A DNA stretch of 64,000 bases from the human T2T-CHM13v2.0 reference genome, Homo sapiens: NCBI GenBank assembly GCA_009914755.4, contig CP068257.2, positions 16,416,001 to 16,480,000 on the forward strand. The letters are read 5' to 3'. How positions within the stretch are numbered: the stretch's first letter is position 1; every line of letters starts with the position of its first letter. The notes below the pieces were generated by a model. It worked only from the letters and a program-made list of their open reading frames with translations. It did not search any database and was not told where the DNA came from. Both the position numbers and the translations under genes were made by a program. Shown here piece after piece: positions 1 through 13,292 of this stretch.

Positions 1-699
1 GACATCCTGCACTGTACTCTTTTTTAAATTCCTCCTATTTTTCATCTCTTTAACTTCTTGGTCTACTTCTGAGAGATTTCTTCAACTTTTATCTCACATA
101 TCTGTTGTTGTGTTTTTCCTTTCTGTTATTATGCTTTTAATCATGCTCCATGAATGTAATATCTTCTCTAATTTTTCTGAGGAGATTAATGGTAGGTATT
201 TTATAGTTTGTTTTCTTTTCTCCTCCCCATGGTTTTTTCCTTCAAGTTGCAGGGAGTTGTTTTCCTGTTTGTTAGTTTTGTTTCTAGCTTTCATTTCAGA
301 AGTCTTCCCCAATATCTGGTATTTCTGCTCATGATTTAGAAGAATGAAAAATCAGGTTTAGTGTTCTAAATGTATAGGTAGGGACTGCAATGTAGAGTTT
401 TACTGTAGGATGATATGGGAGAGTCTTACACTGAGGAACTTCCATGTCATTATCTTCAGATATTTCCGCTTAAGCTAATTACAGTCTCCAGCAAATTGTG
501 TTCCAATTTCATCCTTGAGGGTAAGATCCTGATTCCAGCATTCTGGGAGTGGAGTGGGGAAAGACGCTGAGATTTTCTGCCTTCAGCATCTAGCATTCAT
601 GTGGCTATTTATTTTCTTTTTTATAAAATACCATACCCACTTTCTCAGGTATATTTAATCTCTCTCTCCCTCCTCTCTGTCTCTATCTGAAGTGAATAG

Positions 700-1045
700 T
701 TTTCATCTTTTTTTCTATATTTTATTTTTTAGAGCAGTTTTAGGTTCATAGCAAAATTGAGCAAAAATGTACATACAGAGAGTTCCCGTATACCTCTCGA
801 CCCCACACATTCACAGCCTCATTCCATATCAACATTCTGCCTTAGAGTGGTTTTTGTTACAATCAATGAACCTGACACATCATTATCACCCAGAGTTCAT
901 AGTTTACATAGGGTTCACTTTTGATGATGTACATTTTATGGGTTTTGTCAAATGTATAATGACAGGTATCCACTGTTATTATATCATGCACAATGGTTTT
1001 GCTGCCCTAAAAAACCCCCTGTGCCCTGCCTATTCCATAATCTTC
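700..1045 (-). mobile_element. LINE-1 3'-end fragment, old L1M-type, antisense; A-tail lies at the left end as T-rich run ~700-730
   Basis: Reverse complement of 730-1045 reads like the L1MA/L1MB 3' terminus (...gggaactctctgtat...ctcaattttgctatgaacctaaaactgctctaaaaaataaa). The + strand shows the typical antisense motif ttttgctgccctaaaaaaccccctgtgccctgcctattcc. Confidence 0.6.
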
Positions 1046-1195
1046 AACACATATTTAAGCTTCCTCCATTAAAAAAAATCTTATATAGCCCTGAAAGTCT
1101 GCCGCTGTATCTCTTGTCTCTTTCACAGGCAAACTTCTTCTTTTCCTTGCTTTCTTATCAACCTGCTTTAGTCTACCATTCAGCACTAGTTTTAA

Positions 1196-1518
1196 TTTTT
1201 TTCTTTAAAAAAAACTTAAAAATTGACATATAATAATTGTACATATTCATGGAGTACAAAATGATATTTTGATATATGTATATAGTTAGCAATGATTAAA
1301 TCAGGGTAATTATTACATTATCACCTCAAATATTTATTATTTCAATGTATTGAGAACTTCAAAATCCTCTTGTCTAGCTATTTGGAAAGATTCTATACAT
1401 TATTGTTAACTATAGTCATCCTACAGTTCTGTAGAACACTAGAACTTATTCCTCCTATCCATCTGTAACTTTGTATTCATTACCCAACTTCTCATTTTCC
1501 TCCCCTATCCACTATCCT
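1196..1518 (-). mobile_element. LINE-1 terminal ~310 bp incl. poly-A, antisense: 3' arm of a twin-primed L1
   Basis: + strand reads aaaaaaaacttaaaaattgacatataataattgtacatattcatggagtac..., the reverse complement of the L1 3' terminus (...gtaccccataaatatgtacaattattatgtatcaattaaaaa). It continues into 3'UTR antisense (tgttaactatagtcatcctacagttctgtagaacactagaacttattcct). Confidence 0.8.
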
Positions 1519-2035
1519 TCTCACAATGAGAGATCATCTCACCAGAGTTAGAATGGCTATTAAAAAAAGACAAAAAATAACAAATACTGGTGATGATAGG
1601 GAGAAAAGGGAACTCTTATACACTGTTGATGAGAATATACATTAGTACAGCCAGATGGAAATCAGTATGGAGGTTCCTCAAAAAACCAGAAATAGAACTA
1701 CCCTATGATCCAGCCATCCAACTATTAGGTGTTTAACCAAAGGAAAGAAAATCAGTGTATCAAAGAGATAGCTGCATCCCCATGCTTATTGCAGCACTAT
1801 TCACATAGCCAAGATCTGGAATCAACCTGAGTTCATCAGCAGATGAATGGATAAAGAAAATGTGGCAATATATACACAATGGCCATAAAAAATAATGAAA
1901 TCCTGTCATTCATGGCAACACGGATGAGCTTGGAGGACATTATGTCAAGTGAAATAAGCCAGGCAGAGAGAGACAAATAAATACCACAAGTTCTCATTCA
2001 TATGTGGGAGAAAAAAGTTGAACTATTTGTGAAAT
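1519..2035 (+). mobile_element. LINE-1 ORF2 C-terminus/3'UTR in sense orientation: inverted 5' arm of the same twin-primed L1 (element as a whole is on the - strand)
   Basis: caatgagagatcatctcaccagagttagaatggctattaaaaaaag...ggaactcttatacactgttgatgagaatatac...gaaatagaactaccctatgatccagccatcc...catatgtgggagaaaaaagttg matches L1 ORF2 sense (atgagatatcatctcacaccagttagaatggc...). It covers L1 positions just upstream of those in the adjacent antisense arm. Confidence 0.75.
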
Positions 2036-2369
2036 ATCTCTAGCTAAGGCCATTTCTGTGTCACAAAATACAAAATGGACTTTTTTTGGTTATAATCTTT
2101 CTTGGCCTTTCATGAGCTCATGAGCATCTAACATTCTCTTTCTTTGATTTTAGCCTTATGGTTTTCATTATACCTGCTATACAACTCCCTTTTTGCCTCC
2201 TTTACAGGATAATTCTCCCATAATCATTCATTAACTCAGAATGGGCAAGATTCAGTGCCTGATTGTCTTTTTCCCCTTGTTTTGTACTCTCCCAAGGCAG
2301 TCTTATCAGTGCTCCTTGCTTTAATTAGCGCCTATATGAAGACAATTTATGAAGTTACATCCCTGACCT

Positions 2370-2771
2370 GGTGTTATGGACTAAATTTTGTGTCTCCCCC
2401 AAATTCATAGGTTAAAGCCCTTATACCCTAGTGTGGCTATATTTCCAGATAGAGCCTTTAGGAAATTAATTAAGGTTAAATGAGGTTTTAAGAGTGAGAT
2501 CATGATCTGATAGGATTGGTGTTGTTATAAGAAGTGACACCGGAAAGCTGTCCCTCTCTCTCTCTGTACACACACAGAGAAAGGTCATGTGAGGACACAT
2601 GAAAGCGGCCATCTACAGGCCAGAAAGGGAGACTTTATCAGAAACCAAATTTGCCATCAAACCTTGATTATGAACTCCTGGGCTCCAGAGGTTTGGGGAA
2701 AAATAATGTCTGTTTTTTTAAACTGTCCAGTCTGTGGTATTTTGTTATGGCAGCCTGAGCAGACCAGCAAA
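2370..2771 (+). mobile_element. ERVL-MaLR solo LTR (MLT1/MST-like)
   Basis: Starts tggtgttatggactaaattttgtgtctcccccaaattcatag, ends ...aactgtccagtctgtggtattttgttatggcagcctgagcagaccagca. A 5-bp direct repeat cctgg flanks it (2365-2369 and 2772-2776). Confidence 0.75.
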
Positions 2772-2873
2772 CCTGGTCATCAAATGGGGCGAAGAGCCTT
2801 TATTCAGATGTCAGCTTTTTCATTTGTATCCTTAAAAGGTCCATCTAACTGCCTAAAACTCAAACTCATGATC

Positions 2874-3195
2874 TTTTTTTTTTTTTTTTCCAACTTTTAT
2901 TAAGTTCTGGGGTTACATATGCAGGATGTGCAGGTTTGTTACATGGGTAAACGTGCTGCACAGATCAACCCATCACCTTGGTATTAAGCCCAGCATCCAT
3001 TAGCTATTCTTCCTGATGCTCTCCCTCCCCAGCACCCCCAATAGGGCCCAGTGTGAGTTGTTCCCCCTGACGTGTCTGTGTATTCTCATCATTCAGCTCT
3101 GTTAGCCTCACCAAACTGACATAGGAACAGAAAACCAAACACGGCATGTTCTCACTTATAAGCGGGGAGTGAACAATGAGAACAAACTCAGATTT
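2874..3195 (-). mobile_element. LINE-1 3'-end fragment with poly-A (poly-T 2874-2889) plus a short inverted sense arm (3113-3195): second twin-priming-type structure
   Basis: 2890-3100 is antisense L1 3'UTR (aagttctggggttacatatgcaggatgtgcaggtttgttacatgggtaaacgtg...cccagtgtgagttgttccccctgacgtgtctgtgtattctcatcattcagctc). 3113-3190 is sense (acataggaacagaaaaccaaacacggcatgttctcacttataagcggggagtgaacaatgagaac). The two arms overlap by ~17 nt of L1 sequence (gagttgaacaatgagaac). Confidence 0.8.
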
Positions 3196-3548
3196 TACAC
3201 TTTGCTGTTCATTCTCAATTTGCAGAACCTGGTTTCTTTCCAATATTCTTTTTCTCTGTTAATGACACTCCCTTCTGTAATCTGAGTCAGAGCCCTAGGA
3301 GTCATTCTTGACACCTCCCTCTTTTCTTCACCCCACATTCCGTTCATTATTCCACTGACCCATTATCTTTTACTTTCTTAAGATTTTTAAAATCTGTCCA
3401 CATTTCTCCTTCCCCATTTCAAACACTTTCTTCCAAGGTGCCATCATTTATTTGATGTGGAAGTCCCCCCACTGATCGCTTCGTATCAATTTTTGCCTCC
3501 TTCTAACCAGTTCTCTCCTGAAGCCACGGGGACACCTTTAAAATGTCA

Positions 3549-3858
<310 letters not shown>

Positions 3859-5633
3859 TATCAAACTCCTCAAATACCTTAATCTAGAGGTAGTGATGCT
3901 CCAGGAAACTGGAAGCCTGGATATAGTACCCATCAGGGCAGTCCACAGACCAAGGCATGGCAGCTGAATTCATGCTGAATCATCATAAATAGGAATATAC
4001 ATTAATCAAAAGCAGAAAAACTGGGAATTTGAAGACCTAGGTACCTCTGAAGCTCAGGCCATACAGTAGTAAATCTTACTCCTCGGACCAAAAAAAAAAA
4101 AAAGAAAGCAAGCAGAAAAGGGAGTTTGTTGTTACCAAGGTTGATTAAACTGTTTGTTGATGAAGAAACCTCTGAAATGGAGTCAACTTGTTTCTGTGTC
4201 TGTGCTTCAGAGACTCACCTGAGGGGTAAGTCTGTGAAAAGAGATAATAGCTTATTCACTACAGGGTCAAGCGACTAGGAAAGATAGTAAACAACTACCA
4301 TAAATGAGTGTCATAGGGAAGAAATCTCCGAAGCTCGGTGTCAGGTTTCAGGTGTTCCAGCGTTGTATTTCCCACAGTAAGAACTATAATGACCAAAAGA
4401 AGTGAGGCCGAAGTTCTTTCAGGTACAAAATGAGACGCAAATAACATTTCTGTGGCTAAGTCAGTCATTTCTTCATTTTGGGTACTATAACTAGGAGAAC
4501 AACTAAATTGGCAAAGGAAGCTGCAGGAATGGACTGAGAAGGTAGATACTAACACTATGCCAGAAAGCGAAAAGCAAATTCCTTTTCAGCAGCAACCATC
4601 TCAAAATGTGTATTTGTGGAAATCCATGGTTCAGACGCTTAGCAAATTTCTGAACTTCGGAAGTTCAGGATGACTTTGATGATAAGTCCTTCAATGGAAA
4701 CTGACAGGAAATACTAGCTGTACAAATATATATAAGCAGTAATGTAAGGGAAAAAAACTAAATATTATGTCTCATAGGAAAATAACAAAGCACTTGAGTT
4801 TAGATGAAGAGGCTGAATAACTGATAGATGACAGAGATGAAATGAATGAAAATATTTCTCAAGGAACAGTCATTCTCAAGGGAAAGTCATTGTCAATTTC
4901 AGTACTGTATCCTTTACAAATAATGTCTCAAAGACAATCAAACTCAAAATAGCAAAATTATGGTAGAGCCCTTAAATATGGGTCTAGAGACTATAATGAT
5001 ATCTTTAGCCCAAACAATTGCACTTGTCAACATGGATGGGAGGAAAACAGAGGGAACACCAACAAAAGACTCTCCACAATTTCGTGGTGGTGGTGGCAAT
5101 GATGATGATGAAGATGAATGCAAAAGTAGGCATCAGCAAAGATATTGCCATCTGAGAGATCGAGATTTTGAATGTGATACTCAACTATGCAAGTTTAAAC
5201 TTGACACAACTTGGGATAAAGGTGATTCTGTTTTATTGGTTCTCAGCAGCTGTGTAAGTGAGTTATCTGAAACAATGAAAATGACAAAGATACAGTGTTT
5301 TGCAGAAAATAGTCATCAAAAAGTCCTTGAATATAGACTCATCGGATAAGATGCCATGTGACATTGTATTGTTTGCAATTGATGTAAGGCCTGGATTAAA
5401 TCTGGTTAGGAGACATAGAAGACAAGGCAAGTGAAGTTGCCATAGAGCAACAGATAGGAGAATAGGAGGAAGAATATAAAAAGTAAAGAACCACCAGACA
5501 GTAAAAAGGGATAAAGTACGTGAGTTCAGTGACAAGACTAACCAAGAAGCACAAAGTTTAAACTTTTGAGAATGACAGGCAACAGCCCAGACCTTAATTT
5601 GAGTATTGCTGAGCTTTGAGGTTGGAATATTAA

Positions 5634-6222
<589 letters not shown>

Positions 6223-7522
6223 CTACACTGTAAAAGAAAAATTTGTGTCTAGGTCAGAGAAAGAGAGAAAAGGAGAAAGAGAGGGAAAGGACAAAAATGA
6301 GCCTTTTTTAAAAAACCATCAATTCTTCTGATTTTAAAAAAGAATGCTATCCTATGATATATGAAAACTTCAGAAAAACTCAAAGAAACGTGAGAAAAAA
6401 GCAGAATATGGCTGGTTTGATGAGTGTTCCAAAAATGATGGCTGAGCTAAAACATCGTTTCAAATAACTGAAGATCAGAATTAGCATATATCCAACAAAG
6501 TTTACAAGAAAAGTGATAGAGATTGTTTTCATAATAGACTTTTGCTGATAATATCACTGTGTTTATCATTCATGAATCCCTGAGGAACAAAGGAACAGAA
6601 CCAATGTAGAAGAACTGCTGGTTGACTTTAAGTTCAGAGAAAAGAATACAGAAAAAATGGCAGAAAATGCTGGAAGGTTGTGTCAATGAACACATTATAA
6701 AGAATGAACTTTGAACTTTGTAATTAAGATTCAGTAAGCATACTGCCACACTTTAGTGACTTCCTTTCATTTATTACTGAGGACATATTGAAGACGAACA
6801 GCATGACATTAATTAATTTAAAGTGGAATGTTCTCATTTGTGTACAGATTTTTCTCTAGGAAAAAAATTGATTGAAGAGAAAATCGGTCATGTGCCCTTG
6901 GGGTACAAATAGGTGTGTTTGCAAGAAACCCACCCAGGCTCATACTGTTTGAGAAAAAAGAAAAATAACTGCAACCATTTTCAAATAAATTAAAATTTTA
7001 TGAAGATTTTAGTTCTTCATTGGTTAAAGAATGATGAATTAACAAATATTCAGGAGATTTACAATTTGTAAACATTCAAAGAATTCTTTTTTGTATGATT
7101 GAATAATTATGTAAAGAATACTATTTAAAAATACTTTAAGGAATTTTCATTGCTTTTAAGATAAAACCAAAAATGTTTAACATGGCCTCTAATGCCAAAC
7201 TTAGCTGGTATCTACCTTCTTTCTCTGCATCCTTTCTCTCACTCACTCTCTCTTTTTCTCACATTTCTCACTCCTACTTTCTGCCTGCTTTCTACTCTGT
7301 TCCTCAGTGTGACTAGCTGCTTGTCACTAAAGTTCATTCTGTCTTCCTAGATGATGTCCCTGTTTCCTAACCAAACTTGCTTTCACCTCATACATCTATT
7401 CTTCCTTGATATTGTAGATAAATCTTCACTTCTAAGAATCCTTTATTCGCCTCCTCACTTGGGTCAGAGGTTCTTTTAAGAGCCTTTCTTTGTTAGCACT
7501 CATCACAATTACAATATATTTT

Positions 7523-7668
7523 AAATTGTGTCATATCCATAAGTCATACCCTTAAGTTATACCCATCTCTCCCATGTCATAGCCATTTCAATTGTGTCAT
7601 ACCCATTTCAATTGTGTCATACCCATGAGTCATACTCTTAAGTCATACCCATCTCTTCCATGTCAGCT
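7523..7668. repeat. Local tandem repeat, ~68-bp unit, ~2.3 copies
   Basis: aattgtgtcatatccataagtcatacccttaagttatacccatctctcccatgtcatagccatttc / aattgtgtcatacccatttc / aattgtgtcatacccatgagtcatactcttaagtcatacccatctcttccatgtcagc. Confidence 0.7.
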
Positions 7669-8130
7669 CCAAGAAGACTGGGACTTTGTCAGTGTTTTTA
7701 CTGAGCAATTTATTTTCAGTGCCTTATACTGTGCCCTACACAAACCTATGTACTTAATATTTTTTGCTAAATTAATAAAAATGAATCCAAATTAAACAGG
7801 TATACTAAGTGTCTGCCCCATTAATATTTCAGTAGTTGTTTATAGTTGTGTTGGTTAAAGGCTGTGTAAAAGGAATTCCTGCTGTCTGATTGCTTTGAAC
7901 TGGGACATTGGTCTTTTCCTGCCTTTGTACTTGAACTGAAATATTGGCTTATGAGCCTGCCAGCTTTCAGACTGGAACTTGCACCATTGGTTCTCCAGTT
8001 TCTCAGGCCCTTGGACTTGGCCTGGAACCATACCATCCATGTGCTTGAGTTTCCATCTTGCCAACTACAGATTTTGTGAGTTCTCAGCTTCTATAATTGC
8101 ATCAGCCAATTCCTTATACTCTCTCTCTCC

Positions 8131-8157
8131 GCACACACACATGCGCGCACACACACG
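8131..8157. repeat. Short (CA)n-like microsatellite with GCGC interruption
   Basis: gcacacacacatgcgcgcacacacacg. Confidence 0.8.
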
Positions 8158-10019
8158 TATGTAAATATATGTATGTATGCACCTCAGTTATATGTTTGTA
8201 TCTCCTATAGGTTCTGTTTCTCTGGATAACTCTAATACAATAATTAGTTAAATTAAGTTAAAACAGAATAAACAAGAATATTGCTGTTAGCACAAATGGA
8301 ATCATGGCTTCAAATGATTTGTGTCAGTGGGACTAGTAATTATTCTATCTTTGTGTGTAGTTTAAACGAAGGAAGGCTATTTGTGAATCAGACTCCAATC
8401 ATGCTTCTGATAATGGTGGTTGCACTACCATCTGAAGGATAGCATTCATGGGTAGGCTCTGTGGAAAGGACTGGTGCTTGTACACACTAATAGTTATTTT
8501 GCCAGCACTTGCTCTTGAAACACAAATGGCACATACATACACAAATGTACTCACACACACAGAGATTCTCTTTTTGTAGCCAGTAATGCCTGCTTTTAAA
8601 TTCAAGCAACAATTAGCAGTCCTGCATTGGAATAGGCATTATAAGGTACTATATGCCTTCTGTGGATGTAAACCATCTTTTTCATCTTTGTATCTCTAAA
8701 CCCTAACAGACTGCTTGGACCATAACATGCACCAAAAAATATTGTATGATGAATGGATTTAATGCATAAATGAGTGCATAAAATACATGCTCGTCTGTGA
8801 TTAACGGAATGCACATAGTTCACGCAAGGAGTTTTGAGCATTGAGAATACTACATGTGTTTGAATACTTGAAACTTGTGCCATTAGTGATATTTCTTCCC
8901 TGAAAAGTACAGTATTATTTAATAAGAAGGGAAGGATTTTACCCAAAACATTACAATCCTGGAGATTGCAATCAAGTTGCTGATGAAGCCTCAGAAAAGA
9001 ACCAGACAGAGCATCATCATATTAAAATTTTGAAGAAGCTCCGGAGAAGAACATCAGTGTTTTAGCAAAGCAAGTGATCATTCATCATTCAGAGGCACTC
9101 ATTAAGTGCAGTATTGGAAACAAATTTGATAGAATATGAAAGACTATGGCACTTTTGGTTTCCTTGGCAGGAAAAGCTCAAATGAAGTTTTGGTAAATTG
9201 TTCGAGGGTATTAGGAAATGCATCTAAAAAAATGCTTTTAACAGGAATGCTGTGATGGCACATTTGAGAAGGAGGAAGCCCACAGCTGATAGTGATGCAT
9301 GGCTATTTAACATAAACAACCAAATCCAATTTAGCTGCTTCATCAGAAAATTTGAAAGGCAAGTATTTGTTAAGTTTCAATGACCTCCCAATATATAAAT
9401 CTATAGCAAATTCTACCAGAGAGATTATGGAGGATTTTGGTACTGGTTGCTGATCTAAGATTGAGTTAAATTTACTGGAATTTCTTTTTCATGGCCCCAA
9501 ATTATAATTTATGCTACTAAATTATGTTTTCTGTCAAATATAAGGCTATATATTTTACTATATGTTATTGAAAGCTAGGAAATTATGTACCTGATTTGCA
9601 ATCTTGTTCCATAAATAAGGAACATTTCTTTTCCTGTAAACTGAGATTCTCAGGCTGGAAATTGCTCAATTTTAATGGATACTCTAGCAATTTATTTTCT
9701 CCTAATTACATAGTTTTATATCTGGTTTTTAAACCTCAATATGGGAATGTCTCATGATTGTTTAATTCATATTTGAATATTTTATTTCAGTGATGCTGCA
9801 GGTTTGAATGACCGTCTCTAGGAATAAATGGCTAGTGAGAGATCCCACTCCGTTTTCTGCATGAATAAGAGATCTTATCACAACTTTGTGGAACAAACCT
9901 TGGGACAGGGATAGAGAAAATCATGTAGGGAGAAAAGGAAACAAATCACTGCCATTACCCAAACAGAAATATGCTGGCTTCCTGCTACCACATTTTCTGG
10001 AAAGTATAACTTAGGGGGG

Positions 10020-10433
10020 TGTTATGGCCTGAATTCTCTTCCCCTCCCTCCAAATTCATATATTGGAAATCCTAATCCTTAGTACCTCCGAATGTGACTT
10101 TATTTAGAGATAGGGTCTTTAAAGGGGCAATTAAATTGAAATGAGGCTTTTATGGTGGGACCTAATCCAATCTAACTGGTATCCTTATAAGAAGACGAAA
10201 TTTGGACACACAAATAGGTACCAGGAAAGAATGTGCACAGAGAAATGATTATGGGAAGTGACACAATAGGTTGGCCACCTACAAGCAAGGAGAGAGGCCT
10301 CAGAAGAAACCAGACCTGATGACACCTTGATCTTGACCCTCCTAAGCCTCCAGAACTATGAGAAAATAAACTTCTGTTATTTAAGTTACCCAGTCTGCGG
10401 TATTTTGTTCTGGCAGCTCTAGTGAACTAATAC
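10020..10433 (+). mobile_element. ERVL-MaLR solo LTR (MLT1-like)
   Basis: tgttatggcctgaattctcttcccctccctccaaattcatatattggaaatcctaatcc...ccagaactatgagaaaataaacttctgttatttaagttacccagtctgcggtattttgttctggcagctctagtgaactaataca; flanks ggggg / gggag. Confidence 0.75.
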
Positions 10434-10597
10434 AGGGAGGTAGAAGAATCTTCATGGGTTATGTTTTATGCCAGATGGTGTGAGAGGCTCCTTGCAGGCA
10501 TTCGCCTCAGCACATTTTCACAACACTTTTAAGCAGTATAGAAAGATGTCTGAGCTAGTGGGAAAGAGCTTATCTTTGGGAGATGAGTATAAACTTA

Positions 10598-11062
10598 CAG
10601 GTTGAATTGTGTTCCTCCAAAAAGGTATGTTGAAATCCAAAAACCCAATGCCTCAGAATGTGATCTTATTTGACAATAGGATCATTGCAGATGTAGTCAA
10701 GTTAAGATGAAGTCATTAGTGTGAGTGTTCATCCAATATGACTGGTTTCCTCAAAAAACAAGTAGAAATTTGAATGTAGACATGTACAAAAGAATGTCAT
10801 GTGAAGATAAAGGGAGAAACCGGGGTGATGTTTCCACCAGCCCAGGGATGTCAGAGATTGGCAGCAAACCACTGAAGCTTGGAGAGAGACATGGAACAGA
10901 TTCTTCCTCGCAGCCCTTTGAAAGAACCAATCCTGAAACAGCCCTTTGAAAGAACACCTTGATTTTTGACTTCTAGTCGTTAGACTATGAAACAATCAGT
11001 TTCTTCTGTTTAAGCCACTCAGTTTGTGGTACTTAGTTACAGCAGTTCTAGGGAACCAATAC
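10598..11062 (+). mobile_element. Second, different ERVL-MaLR solo LTR (older MLT1 subfamily) ~165 bp downstream of the first
   Basis: tgtgttcctccaaaaaggtatgttgaaatccaaaaacccaatgcctcagaatgtgatcttatttgacaatagggtcattgcagatgtagtcaagttaagatgaag...aaacaatcagtttcttctgtttaagccactcagtttgtggtacttagttacagcagttctagggaaccaatac. Confidence 0.7.
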
Positions 11063-11570
11063 TTGCCTTAGTTCCTTTTTCCTTCATATTTGAGAAATAA
11101 GGATGCCTGAATCCTAACTGGCAATCATAGAGTGTTTATAAGGTTCTCTGAGCATTACTTACCATTGCTATTCCAAACAATTTTTCTCCTCTCTTTTGTT
11201 CTACTTGTGATATTATCACGCAACAGTCTAGCCAGAAAGGTCATTTGTGATGGATTCCCCAGCTTGTATTTCTCCATGCCCAAAGAGTTGCTGGGCAGAT
11301 TAAAAAATATATGTGCTCATTTCAGCATTTACTTAATTTTAATTGTTGCTCTGTTTTATTTTTCCTTCCTCCAAGTCTTCCATCTTTCTCTTTTCATCTA
11401 AATACTTTTTTTCTCTTATTGGTTTTTATTATTTTTCTCACTTATTTTTATAAATAAAATAAATGCACAACAATTTTTATTAATTTTGTTCTTCCTTCAA
11501 ACTATGGCCCCAAATAATTTACTTCTCTTCAAACATAAACTTCTATTCAAGAGCAAACTTCTTTATTCAT

Positions 11571-11940
<370 letters not shown>

Positions 11941-12875
11941 TAATCCAACTGGGCCTCATTCTTGCACCCTATTCTCACCTGGAAAGTGCTCTCGTAGATG
12001 TTCCCAAGTTGAATCGACCTTTTGAAGTCCTCATCTTACTTGCATCTGTGCATTGTTGAAAATTTCCTTCTTACATATTCTGTCCGCTCTTGGTTATGTA
12101 TGAAGCAACATTTCATTTTGCTTAATTGGCTAGCTCTACTCAATATTATAAGGAAATTTCTTTTTTTTTTTTTTAACCCTAAACCCTGAGGTTTTCCAGG
12201 TGTCAATCAATAACTGAAGGATCTGAGGTTTTACTTTATTCGCAAGTTAATCTGCTACAGTTTCTTATGACTCCTGGGTAAGAGACAAAGAATCATTTTA
12301 CTCACAACAGTGGCAGCCAGAGAATTTAGCATTTGCATCATTTTCCAAGCTCCAGTTCCCAGAAGGTTACCTGAAGAGAGCCAGATGAGGCCAACACATT
12401 CAGTAAGTTGTGTTATTGAAGAGGAACCTTGAGGTTAGAGTAAGCAAATTTTTTTATCTCAATTTTATTAGTAAAAACATGCAGAGAAAAATTTCTAGAA
12501 TAATTATAAGAAAATGTTAATATTAATTATCTTTCGGGGGAAACATAATGAAATTTCAGAATAATAATAAAAGGTTTCTAAGACCTACAGATGACAATTC
12601 CTTCTGAGCAATGTTGAATACAACACACTACCAGAAAGGAATTGGACAAACCACAGGAGTGTGCTGCCTAAAAGAGGACCTTTGCATTCAACTTGGTCAT
12701 TCCTTTACTCGAAAATCCCATTTCGTATTCTATCATTTTATTGCTGTTTTTGCCTATAAATACCACCAAATACACTAGTGGATATCAGCTTTTAAAAATA
12801 ATTTTCCAACAATGTCATTGGTAATTGTTATACTTTTATAGTCCATTGATTGAGAATATACATATATAAAGTCTG

Positions 12876-12963
12876 TATAGTGTCCAGGGATATAAGGGGA
12901 TTATATATATATATGTGGAATATATATATATATATATGGATTATTTGATCCCTGGACACTGTA
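12876..12963. repeat. AT-rich palindrome: 13-nt perfect inverted arms flanking a (TA)n-rich spacer
   Basis: agtgtccagggat (12879-12891) ... ggattatatatatatatgtggaatatatatatatatatatggattat ... atccctggacact (12948-12960); the arms are exact reverse complements. Confidence 0.75.
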
Positions 12964-13154
12964 CCTGCTCTATGACCCATGCGTCCAAGAGTGGTTTGGG
13001 AACTGCTATTCTATATCTTTTAGTGTTTGATACATAAAGTTGACTTAGTACATTGTGCAATGACAAAGATGGTGGTAAAATTACTTTTTCCTAAAACAGT
13101 GACTACTAAAATTTACAACTACAAAATATGTTCTACGGCTTAGAACATACTTTT

Positions 13155-13290
13155 TATTTTTAAATTTTTTGTAAAGACAGAGTCTTGCTGTGTTGCCCAG
13201 GCTGGTCTCAAACTCCTGGGCTCAAGTGATCGTCCCTCCTCAGCCTCCCAAAGTGCTGAGATTACAGACATGAGCCTCTGCACCAGCCCA
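13155..13290 (-). mobile_element. Alu right-arm fragment (antisense, ~130 bp)
   Basis: gtaaagacagagtcttgctgtgttgcccaggctggtctcaaactcctgggctcaagtgatcgtccctcctcagcctcccaaagtgctgagattacagacatgagcc. Confidence 0.7.
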
Positions 13291-13292
13291 AA

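Noticed and set aside
4960-5349. 129-aa + strand ORF (MVEPLNMGLETIMISLAQTIALVNMDGRK…GGGGNDDDEDE…) in unique DNA
   Set aside because: It has no recognisable domain, is low-complexity in the middle (a GGT/GAT repeat in the DNA), has no splice or promoter context I can see and is isolated. Most likely a chance ORF in AT-rich non-coding DNA.
8131-8157. gcacacacacatgcgcgcacacacacg: GC-containing stretch that might hint at a CpG island
   Set aside because: Two CpGs inside a short CA-microsatellite and no surrounding GC-rich, CpG-rich context.
12170-12190. taaccctaaaccctga: two telomere-like CCCTAA units
   Set aside because: Only two imperfect units. Far too short to be an interstitial telomeric sequence of any significance.
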